Under the pieces are notes generated by a model that was not told where the DNA came from, did no database searches, and saw only the letters and a list, made by a program, of their open reading frames with translations. A stretch of 64,000 nt of DNA from Convolutriloba macropyga (lineage: Eukaryota), in NCBI RefSeq assembly GCF_964194025.1, contig NC_134479.1, positions 38,936,001-39,000,000 on the forward strand, in the 5' to 3' direction. Positions 52,851 to 64,000 of the stretch are shown here, piece after piece. The position numbers were made by a program, and so were the translations under genes. Within the stretch, counting starts at the first letter, position 1. The number at the start of each line of letters is the position of its first letter.

Positions 52851-55579
52851 TTGCTCAGTTGTGTTTTTTTGTTGGTTCAACTTTGATTTTATCCCACTGA
52901 TATGACTTCCTTTTTTTTATTACTCTCTGATTATATTTTGATTGTTGTTTGATTTTCTCGTATAATGACTGAATCTCGTCAGTCCTTAGTTGATATTTTA
53001 CCCATTTTCTCGGTCTGCTGAATCAAATGATGTTTTACCATCTTTCGCATGATCACTGATTAATTTCTTAACTGATACATAGATAGTTTCGTCTTCAGAA
53101 GCTGGCTTTTTAAGGTGAATCTTTGTGAAATAGTATTGAATACTATTGCTTTGGTTTTTTTGTTCTGGATATCGTTTCTAGTTTATGATGTAACATCTTT
53201 CGGGTATGAATGCATGATACTATTTTTTTACTGAAGTAATTTGTTCTGGCTATTGAGTCGTCGCACGTTAAGTATTCAGTTGATAATCGTTTGCCTTCGT
53301 TGTAGCTCTGCTGGTTTTATTATTCGCCTAAGTTCTCTGCTGTGCGTTTGGGCCTCTGTTTTTCAGTTTGCTCGGGAGTTGCTTTGAACTACATTGTGAT
53401 GTTATGCAATTGACGCGACTATCTGGTTTATGATTTTGACCAGTTGTATGTTTTGTTGTTTCAACTTTGATGTTATCCCACTGATATGACTTCTTGATTT
53501 TTATTACTATCTGACTATATTCTGATTGTTGTTTAATTTTCTCGTATAATGACTGAATCTCGTCAGTCTTTAATTGATATTTTACCCATTTTCTCGGTCT
53601 GCTGAATCAAATGATGTTTTACCATCTTTCGTATGATCACTGAATAATTTCTTAACTGATACATAGATAGTTTCGTCTTCAGAAGCTGGCTTTTTAAGGT
53701 GAATCTTTGTGAAATATTATTGAATACTATTGCTTTGGTTTTTTTGTTCTGGATATCGTTTCTATTTTATGATGTAACATCTTTCGGGTATGAATGCATG
53801 ATACTATTTTTTAACTGAAATAATTTGTTCTGGCTATTGAGTCGTCGCACGTTAAGTATTCACTTGATAATCGTTTGTCTTCGTTGTAGCTCTGCTGGTT
53901 TTTTTATTCGCCTAAGTTCTCTGCTGTGCGTTTGGGCCTCTGTTTTTCAGTTTGCTCGGGAGTTGCTTTGAACTACATTGTAATGTTATCCAATTGACGC
54001 GACCAACTGGTTTATGAGTTTGCCCAGTTGTATTTTTTGTTGTTTCAACTTTGATGTTATCCCACTGATATGACTTCTTGACTTTTATTACTATCTGACT
54101 ATATTCTGATTGTTGCTTGATTTTCTCGTATAGCGACGGAATCTCTTCTCCTCCATTATTTGGTGTTTCTTCCCATTTTCTCTATCAGATTGCTGACTCA
54201 AATGATGTTTTACCATCTTTTGTATGATCACTGATTAATTTATTATCTGATACATAGATAGTTTCGTCTTCGGAAGTTGGCTTTTTAAGCTGAATCTTCG
54301 TGAAATAATATTGAATACTATTGCCTTGATTTTTTATCTGGATTTCGTTTGTAGTTTATGATGTAACATCTTTCGGGTATGAACGCTTGATACTAATTTT
54401 TTACTGAAATAATGTTTTCTGGCTATTGAGTCGTCGCAAGTGAAGTATTCACTTGATAATCGTTTGTCTTCGTGGTAGCGGTGATGATTTTATGATTCGC
54501 CTAAAATCTCTGCTGTGCTTTTGGGGCTCTGTTTTTCAGTTTGCTTGAGAGATGCTTTGAAATACATTGTAATGTTATCCATTTGACGCGACCAACAGGT
54601 TTATGAGTTTGCCCAGTTGTATTTTTTGTTGTTTCCTCAGTCTTGACTTTTTTTCCTCCGTCTGCTGAATCAAATGATGTTTTACCATCTTTCGTATGAT
54701 CACTGATTAATTTCTTAACTGATACATAGAGTTTCGTCTTCGGAAGTTGGATTTTTAAGCTGAATCTCTGTGAAATAATATAAAATACTTTCGCATTGAT
54801 TTTTTATCTGGATTTCGTTTCTAGTTTATGATGTAACATCTTCTGGGTATGAACGCACGATGCTAATTTTTTACTGAAATAATGTTTTCTGGCTATGGAG
54901 TCGTTGCATGAAGTATGCACTTAGTAATCGCTTATCTTCGTGGTAGCTCTGCTAGTTTTATGATTCGCCTAAGTTCTCTGCTCTGCGTTTGGGCCTCTGT
55001 TTTCAGTTTGTTTGCTCCGGAGATGCTTTGAAATACATTGTAATGTTATCCATTTGACGCGACCAACTGGTTTATGAATTTGCCTAGTTGTATTTTTTGT
55101 TGTTTCAACTATGATGACTTCCTGATTTTCATTAGTGTCTGACTATATTTTGATTGTTGTTTGATTTTCTCTTATAACGACTGAATCTCTTCACCGTCAT
55201 TAGTTGAATTTTTTTCCCTTTTCCTCCGTCTGCTGAATCAAATGATGTTTTGCCATCTTTCATATGATCAATGATTAATTTCCTAACTGATACATAGATA
55301 GCTTCGTCTTCGGAAGTTGACTTTTTAAGCTGAATCTTTGTGAAATTTTATTGAATACTATCGCCTTGATTTTTTTGTTCTGGATTTCGTTTCTAGTTGA
55401 TGATGTAACATCTTTCGGGTATGAATGCATGATACTATTTTTTTACTGAAATAATTTGTTCTGGCTATTGAGTCGTCGCACGTTAAGTATTAACTTGATA
55501 ATCGTTTGTCTTCGTTGTAGCTCTGCTGGTTTTATTATTCGCCTAAGTTCTCTGAGTCGTCGCAGAGAACTTAGTTGAC

Positions 55580-58500
55580 TTTTTAAGCTGAATCTTTGTG
55601 AAATTTTATTGAATACTATCGCCTTGATTTTTTTGTTCTGGATTTCGTTTCTAGTTGATGATGTAACATCTTTCGGGTATGAATGCATGATACTATTTTT
55701 TACTGAAATAATTTGTTCTGGCTATTGAGTCGTCGCACGTTAAGTATTAACTTGATAATCGTTTGTCTTCGTTGTAGCTCTGCTGGTTTTATTATTCGCC
55801 TAAGTTCTCTGCTGTGCGTTTGGGCCTCTGTTTTTCAGTTTGCTCGGGAGATTCTTTGAAATACATTGTTATGTTATCCATTTGACGCGACCAACTGGGT
55901 TATGAGTTTGCCCAGTTGTATTTTTTGTTGTTTCAACTTTGATGTTATCCCACTGATATGACTGCCTGATTTTGATTAGTGTCTGACTATATTTTGATTG
56001 TTGTTTGATTTTCTCTTATAACGACTGAATCTCTTCACCGTCATTAGTTGAATTTTTTCCCCTTTTCCTCCGTCTGCTGAATCAAATGATGTTTTACCAT
56101 CTTTCATATGATCAATGATTAATTTCTTAACTGATACATAGATAGCTTCGCCTTCGGAAGTTGACTTTTTAAGCTGAATCTTTGTGAAATATTATTGAAT
56201 ACTATCGCCTTGATTTTTTTGTTCTGGATTTCGTTTCTAGTTGATGATGTAACATCTTTCGGGTATAAATGCATGATACTATTTTTTTACTGAAATAATT
56301 TTTTCTGGCTATGGAGTCGTCGAACGTTAAGTATTCACTTGACATTAGTTTGTCTTCGTGGTAGCGGTGATGATTTTATGATTCGCCTAAAATCTCTGCT
56401 GTGCTTTTGGGGCTCTGTTTTTCAGTTTGCTTGAGATATGCTTTGAAATACATTGTAATGTTATCCATTTGACGCGACCAACTGGTTTATGAGTTTGCCC
56501 AGTTGTATTTTTTGTTGTTTCAACTATGATGTTATCCCACTCATATGACTTCCTGATTTTTATTAGGGTCTGACTATATTTTGATTGTTGTTTGATGTTT
56601 TCTTATAACGACTGAATCTCTTCACCGTCATTTGTTGATTTTTTCCCATTTCCTCCGTCTGCTGAATCAAATGATGTTTTACCATATTTCGTATGATCAC
56701 TGATTAATTTCTTAACTGATACATAGAGTTTCGTCTTCGGAAGTTGGCTTTTTAAGCTGAATCTTCGTGAAATAATATTGAATACTATTGCCTTGATTTT
56801 TTATCTGGATTTCGTTTGTAGTTTATGATGTAACATCTTTCGGGTATGAACGCATGATACTAATTTTTTACTGAAATAATGTTTTCTGGCTATTGAGTCG
56901 TCGCAAGTGAAGTATTCACTTGATAATCGTTTGTCTTCGTGGTAGCGGTGATGATTTTATGATTCGCCTAAAATCTCTGCTGTGCTTTTGGGGCTCTGTT
57001 TTTCAGTTTGCTTGAGAGATGCTTTGAAATACATTGTAATGTTATCCATTTGACGCGACCAACAGGTTTATGAGTTTGCCCAGTTGTATTTTTTGTTGTT
57101 TCCTCAGTCTTGACTTTTTTTCCTCCGTCTGCTGAATCAAATGATGTTTTACCATCTTTCGTATGATCACTGATTAATTTCTTAACTGATACATAGAGTT
57201 TCGTCTTCGGAAGTTGGCTTTTTTAAGCTGAATCTTCGTGAAATAATATTGAATACTATCGCCTTGATTTTTTATCTGGATTTCGTTTGTAGTTTATGAT
57301 GTAACATCTTTCGGGTATGAACGCATGATACTAATTTTTTACTGAAATAATGTTTTCTGGCTATTGAGTCGTCGCACGTTAAGTATTCACTTGATAATTG
57401 TTTGTCTTCGTCGTAGCTGTGATGATTATATGATTCGCCTAAAATCTCTGCTGTGCTTTTGGGCCTCTGTTTTTCAGTTTGCTCGGGAGATGCTTCGAAA
57501 TACATTGTAATGTTATCCATTTGACGGGACCAATTGGTTTATGAGTTTGCCCTGTTGTGTTTTTTGTTTCAATTATGATATTTTCCCACTGATATGACTT
57601 CCTGATTTTTGTTAGTGTCTGACTATATTTTGATTGTTGTTTGATTTTCTCTTATAACGACTGAATCCCTTCACCGTCATTAGTTGACATTTTTCCCATT
57701 TCCTGCGTCTGCTGAATCGAATGATGTTTTACCATCTTTCGTATGATCACTGATTATTTTCTCATCTGAAATATAAATAGTTTCCTCTTTGGAAGTTGGC
57801 TTTTTAAGCTGAATCTTTGTGAAATAGTATTGAATACTATTGCCTTGATTTTTTTGTTCTGGATTTCATTTCTAGTTGATGATGTAACATCTTTTGGGGT
57901 ATGAATGCTTGATACTAGTTTTTTACTGAAATGATTTTTTCTGGCTATGGAGTCGTCGCACGTGAAGTATTCACTTGATAATTGTTTGTCTTCGTGGTAG
58001 CTGTGATGATTTTACGATTCGCCTAAAATCTCTGCTGTGCTTTTGGGGCTCTGTTTTTCAGTTTGCTTGAGATATGCTTTGAAATACATTGTAATGTTAT
58101 CCATTTGACGCGACCAACAGGTTTATGAGTTTGCCCAGTTGTATTTTTTGTTGTTTCCTCAGTCTTGACTTTTTTTCCTCCGTCTGCTGAATCAAATGAT
58201 GTTTTACCATCTTTCGTATGATCACTGATTAATTTCTTAACTGATACATAGAGTTTCGTCTTCGGAAGTTGGCTTTTTAAGCTGAATCTTCGTGAAATTT
58301 TATTGAATACTATCGCCTTGATTTTTTTGTTCTGGATTTCGTTTCTAGTTGATGATGTAACATCTTTCGGGTATGAATGCATGATACTATTTTTTACTGA
58401 AATAATTTGTTCTGGCTATTGAGTCGTCGCACGTTAAGTATTAACTTGATAATCGTTTGTCTTCGTTGTAGCTCTGCTGGTTTTATTATTCGCCTAAGTT

Positions 58501-60160
58501 CTCTGCTGTGCGTTTGGGCCTCTGTTTTTCAGTTTGCTCGGGAGATTCTTTGAAATACATTGTTATGTTATCCATTTGACGCGACCAACTGGGTTATGAG
58601 TTTGCCCAGTTGTATTTTTTGTTGTTTCAACTTTGATGTTATCCCACTGATATGACTGCCTGATTTTGATTAGTGTCTGACTATATTTTGATTGTTGTTT
58701 GATTTTCTCTTATAACGACTGAATCTCTTCACCGTCATTAGTTGAATTTTTTCCCCTTTTCCTCCGTCTGCTGAATCAAATGATGTTTTACCATCTTTCA
58801 TATGATCAATGATTAATTTCTTAACTGATACATAGATAGCTTCGCCTTCGGAAGTTGACTTTTTAAGCTGAATCTTTGTGAAATATTATTGAATACTATC
58901 GCCTTGATTTTTTTGTTCTGGATTTCGTTTCTAGTTGATGATGTAACATCTTTCGGGTATAAATGCATGATACTATTTTTTTACTGAAATAATTTTTTCT
59001 GGCTATGGAGTCGTCGAACGTTAAGTATTCACTTGACATTAGTTTGTCTTCGTGGTAGCGGTGATGATTTTATGATTCGCCTAAAATCTCTGCTGTGCTT
59101 TTGGGGCTCTGTTTTTCAGTTTGCTTGAGAGATGCTTTGAAATACATTGTAATGTTATCCATTTGACGCGACCAACAGGTTTATGAGTTTGCCCAGTTGT
59201 ATTTTTTGTTGTTTCCTCAGTCTTGACTTTTTTTCCTCCGTCTGCTGAATCAAATGATGTTTTACCATCTTTCGTATGATCACTGATTAATTTCTTAACT
59301 GATACATAGAGTTTCGTCTTCGGAAGTTGGCTTTTTTAAGCTGAATCTTCGTGAAATAATATTGAATACTATCGCCTTGATTTTTTATCTGGATTTCGTT
59401 TGTAGTTTATGATGTAACATCTTTCGGGTATGAACGCATGATACTAATTTTTTACTGAAATAATGTTTTCTGGCTATTGAGTCGTCGCACGTTAAGTATT
59501 CACTTGATAATTGTTTGTCTTCGTCGTAGCTGTGATGATTATATGATTCGCCTAAAATCTCTGCTGTGCTTTTGGGCCTCTGTTTTTCAGTTTGCTCGGG
59601 AGATGCTTCGAAATACATTGTAATGTTATCCATTTGACGGGACCAATTGGTTTATGAGTTTGCCCTGTTGTGTTTTTTGTTTCAATTATGATATTTTCCC
59701 ACTGATATGACTTCCTGATTTTTGTTAGTGTCTGACTATATTTTGATTGTTGTTTGATTTTCTCTTATAACGACTGAATCCCTTCACCGTCATTAGTTGA
59801 CATTTTTCCCATTTCCTGCGTCTGCTGAATCGAATGATGTTTTACCATCTTTCGTATGATCACTGATTATTTTCTCATCTGAAATATAAATAGTTTCCTC
59901 TTTGGAAGTTGGCTTTTTAAGCTGAATCTTTGTGAAATAGTATTGAATACTATTGCCTTGATTTTTTTGTTCTGGATTTCATTTCTAGTTGATGATGTAA
60001 CATCTTTTGGGGTATGAATGCTTGATACTAGTTTTTTACTGAAATGATTTTTTCTGGCTATGGAGTCGTCGCACGTGAAGTATTCACTTGATAATTGTTT
60101 GTCTTCGTGGTAGCTGTGATGATTTTACGATTCGCCTAAAATCTCTGCTGTGCTTTTGGG
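55580..60160 (+). repeat. Mosaic higher-order block that includes a 2113-bp duplication
   Basis: Identical ORFs at 57272/59385. Deletion junction TCCTCAGTCTTGAC at 54634, 57101, 58156 and 59214. Confidence 0.8.
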
Positions 60161-63100
60161 CCTCTGTTTTTCAGTTTGCTTGTGAGATGCTTCAATTTAC
60201 ATTGTAATGTTATCCATTTGACGGGAACAATTGGTTTATGAGTGTGCCCTGTTGTTTTTTGTTGTTTCAACTATGATGTTATCCCACTGATATGACTTCC
60301 TGATTTTTATTAGTGTCTGACTAAATTTTGATTGTTGTTTGATTTTCTCTTATGACGACTGAATCTCTTCACCGTCATTAGTTGAAATTTTTCCCATTTC
60401 CTCCGTCTGCTGAAGCAAATGATGTCTTACCATCTTTCGTGTGATCACTGATTAATTTCTTAACTGATACATAGATAGTTTCGTCTTCGGAAGTTGGCTT
60501 TTAAAGCAGAATCTTTGTGAAATAGTATTGAATACTATCGCCCTGATTTTTTTCTGGATTTCGTTTCTAGTTGATGATGTAACATCTTTTGGGTATGAAT
60601 GAATGATACTTTTTTTACTGAAATAATTTTAGCTGTGCTGATTTTACGATTTGCCTAAAATCTCTACTGTGCTTTTGGGCCTCTGTTTTTCAGTTTGCTC
60701 GGGAGATGCTTTGAAATACATTGTAATGTTATCCATTTGACGCGACGAACTGGTTTATGAGTTTGCCCAGTTGAATTTTTTGTTGTTTCAACTATGATGT
60801 TATCCCACTGATATGACTTCCCGATTTTTATTAGTGTCTGACTATATTTTGATTGTTGTTTGATTTTCTCTTATAACGACTGAATCTCTCCACCGTCAAT
60901 AGTAGAAATTTTTTCCCATTTCCTCCGTCTGCTGAATCAAATGATGTTTTATCATCTTTCGTATGATCACTGATTAATTTCTTAACTGATACATAGATAG
61001 TTTCGTCTTCGGAAGTTGGCTTTTTAAGCTGAATTTTTGTAAAGTATTATTGAATACTATCGCCTTGATTTTTTTGTTCTGGATTTCGTTTCCAATTGAT
61101 GATGTAACATCTTTTGGGTATGAATGCATGATACTATTTTTTTTACTGAAATAATTTTTTCTGGCTGTGGAGTTGTCGCAAGTGAAGTTTTCACTTGATA
61201 ATCGTTTGTCTTCGTGGTAGCTGTTCTGATTTTATGATTCGCCTAAAATCTCTGCTGTGTTTTCGGGCCTCTGTTTTTCAGTTTGCTCGGGAGATGCTTT
61301 GAATTACATTGTAATGTTATCCATTTGACGCGACCAACTGGTTTATGAGTTTGCCCAGTTGTATTTTTTGTTGTTTCAACTATGATGTTATCCCAGTGAT
61401 ATGACTTCCTGATTTTTATTAGTGTCTGACTATATTTTGATTGTTGTTTGATTTTCTCTTATAACGACTGAATCTCTTCACCGTCATTAGTTGATGTTTT
61501 TCCCATTTCCTCCGCCTGCTGAATCGAATGATGTTTTACCATCTTTCGTATGATCACTGATTATTTTCTTATCTGATATATAGAGAGTTTCGTCTTCGGA
61601 AGTTGGCTTTTTAAGCTGAATCTTTGTGAAATAGTATTGAATACTATCGCCTTGGTTTTTTTGTTCTGGGTTTCGTTTCTAGTTGATGATGTAACATCTT
61701 TCGGGTATGAATGCATGATACTAGTTTTTTACTGAAATAATTTTTTCTGGCTATGGAGTCGTCGCAAGTGAAGTATTCGCTTCGTGGTAGCTGTGCTTGT
61801 TTTATGATTCGCCTAAGTTCCCTGCTGTGCTTTTGGGCTTCTGTTCTTCAGTTTGCTTGGGAGTTGTTTTGAAATACATTGTGATGTTATCCAATTGACG
61901 CGACTAACTTGTTTATGATTTTGCCCAGTTGTATTTTTTGTTGTTTAAACTTTGAGGTCATCCCACTGATATGACTTCTTGATTTTTATTACTATCTGAC
62001 TATGTTCTGATTGTTGTTTGATTTTCTCTTATAACGACTGAATCTCTTCACCGTCATTAATTGGTTTTTTTTCCTATTTCCTGCGTCTGCTGAATCGAAT
62101 GATGTTTTACCATCTTTCGTATGATCACTGATTATTTTCTCATCTGATATATAGATAGTTTCGTCTTCGGAAGTTGGATTTTTAAGCTGAATCTTTGTGA
62201 AATAGTATTGAATACTATCGCCTTGATTTTTTTATCTGGATTTTGTTTCTAGTTGATGATGTAACATCTTTCGGGTATGAATGCATGATACTAGTTTTTT
62301 ACTGAAATAATTTTTTCTGGCTATGGAGTCGTCGCAAGTGAAGTATTCGCTTCGTGGTAGCTGTGCTGGTTTTATGATTCGCCTAAGTTCCCTGCTGTGC
62401 TTTTGGGCTTCTGTTCTTCAGTTTGCTTGGGAGTTGTTTTGAAATACATTGTGATGTTATCCAATTGACGCGACTAACTTGTTTATGATTTTGCCCAGTT
62501 GTATTTTTTTTTGTTTAAACTTTGATGTTATCCCACTGATATGACTTCTTGATTTTTATTACTATCTGACTATGTTCTGATTGTTGTTTGATTTTCTCTT
62601 ATAACGACTGAATCTCTTCACCGTCATTAGTTAATTTTTTTTCCTATTTCCTGCGTCTGCTGAATCGAATGATGTTTTACCATCTTTCGTATGATCACTG
62701 ATTATTTTCTCATCTGATATATAGATAGTTTCGTCTTCGGAAGTTGGCCTTTTAAGCTGAATCTTTGTGAAATAGTATTGAATACTATCGCCTTGATTTT
62801 TTTGTTCTGGATTTCGTTTCTAGTTGATGATGTAACTTCTTTCGGGTATGAATGCATGATACTAGTTTTTTACTGAAATAATTTTTTCTGGCTATGGAGT
62901 CGTCGCAAGTGAAGTATTCGCTTGATAATCATTTGTCTTCGTGGTAGCTGTGCTGGTTTTATGATTCGCCTAAGTTCCCTGCTGTGCTTTTGGGCTTCTG
63001 TTCTTCAGTTTGCTTGGGAGTTGTTTTGAAATACATTGTGATGTTATCCAATTGACGCGACTAACTTGTTTATGATTTTGCCCAGTTGTATTTTTTGTTG

Positions 63101-64000
63101 TTTAAACTTTGATGTTATCCCACTGATATGACTTCTTGATTTTTATTACTATCTGACTATGTTCTGATTGTTGTTTGATTTTCTCTTATAACGACTGAAT
63201 CTCTTCACCTTCATTAGTTGATTTTTTTCCTATTTCCTGCGTCTGCTGAATCGAATGATGTTTTACCATCTTTCGTATGATCACAGATTATTTTCTTATC
63301 TGATATATAAATAGTTTCGTCTTTGGAAGTTAGCTTTTTAAGCTGAATCTTTGTGAAATAGTATTGAATACTATCGCCTTGATTTTTTTGTTCTAGATTT
63401 CGTCTCTAGTTGATGATGTAACATCTTTCGGGTCTGAATGCATGATACTAGTTTTTTACTGAATTAATATTTTCTGGCTATTGAGTCGTTGCATGAAGTA
63501 TGCACTTAGTAATCGCTTATCTTCGTGGTAGCTCTGCTAGTTTTATGATTCGCCTAAGTTCTGTGCTCTGCGTTTGGGCCTCTGTTTTCAGTTTGCTCGG
63601 GAGTTGCTTTGAACTACATTGTAATGTTATCCAATTGACGCGACCAACTGGTTTATGGGGTTGCCCAGTTGTATTTTTTGTTGTTTCAACTATGACCTTA
63701 TCCCAATGATATGACTTCTTGATTTTTATTACTATCTGACTATGTTGTGTATGTTCTGATTGTTGTTTGATTTTCTCTTATAACGACTGAATCTCTTCAC
63801 CGTCATTAGTTGATTTTTTTTCCTATTTCCTGCGTCTGCTGAATTGAATGATGTTTTACCATCTTTCAAATGATCACTGATTATTTTCTCATCTGATATA
63901 TAGATAGTTTCGTCTTCGGAAGTTGGGTTTTTAAGCTGAATCTTTGTGAAATAGTATTGAATACTATCGCCTTGATTTTTTTGTTCTGGATTTTGTTTCT

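Larger units (their letters stand above)
25400..64000 (+). repeat. Complex tandem satellite array, ~38.6 kb, monomers ~490-780 bp, T-rich on +; continues past the window end
   Basis: Recurrent landmarks TGATGTAACATCTTTCGGGTATGAATGCATGATA, TGATGTTTTACCATCTTTCGTATGATC and TGATGTTATCCCACTGATATGACTTC, all head-to-tail. Confidence 0.97.

Noticed and set aside
26933-63709. Many short K/Q/I-rich minus-strand ORFs and F/L-rich plus-strand ORFs in the array
   Set aside because: They are translations of satellite monomers, with stops and frameshifts that differ between copies and no recognisable domain.
25400-64000. CRISPR-like array
   Set aside because: The context is eukaryotic, whole monomers are repeated, and there are no unique spacers or cas genes.

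Overview
AT-rich animal (invertebrate-type) genomic DNA; the species cannot be identified from the sequence. The first ~23 kb holds five intron-containing housekeeping genes, all on the + strand: the 3' part of a CHD7/8/9 (kismet-type) chromatin remodeller, Chk1, ECI2/PECI, RGP1, and the probable first coding exon of PNO1. From ~25.4 kb to the end (~38.6 kb) there is one complex tandem satellite with 490-780 bp monomers and several higher-order repeats; it apparently lies inside a PNO1 intron. Main observations: (1) two of the three ECI2 introns need non-canonical GA-AG splicing; (2) the genes have an operon-like layout, with a splice acceptor 6-19 nt before each start codon and a frame/stop pattern that fits a spliced leader ending in AUG; (3) a strand-biased modular repeat has cassettes reshuffled around a shared linker motif; (4) a giant satellite-filled intron. 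Gene models were built by hand from splice sites, reading frame and remembered family motifs. No database searches were run.
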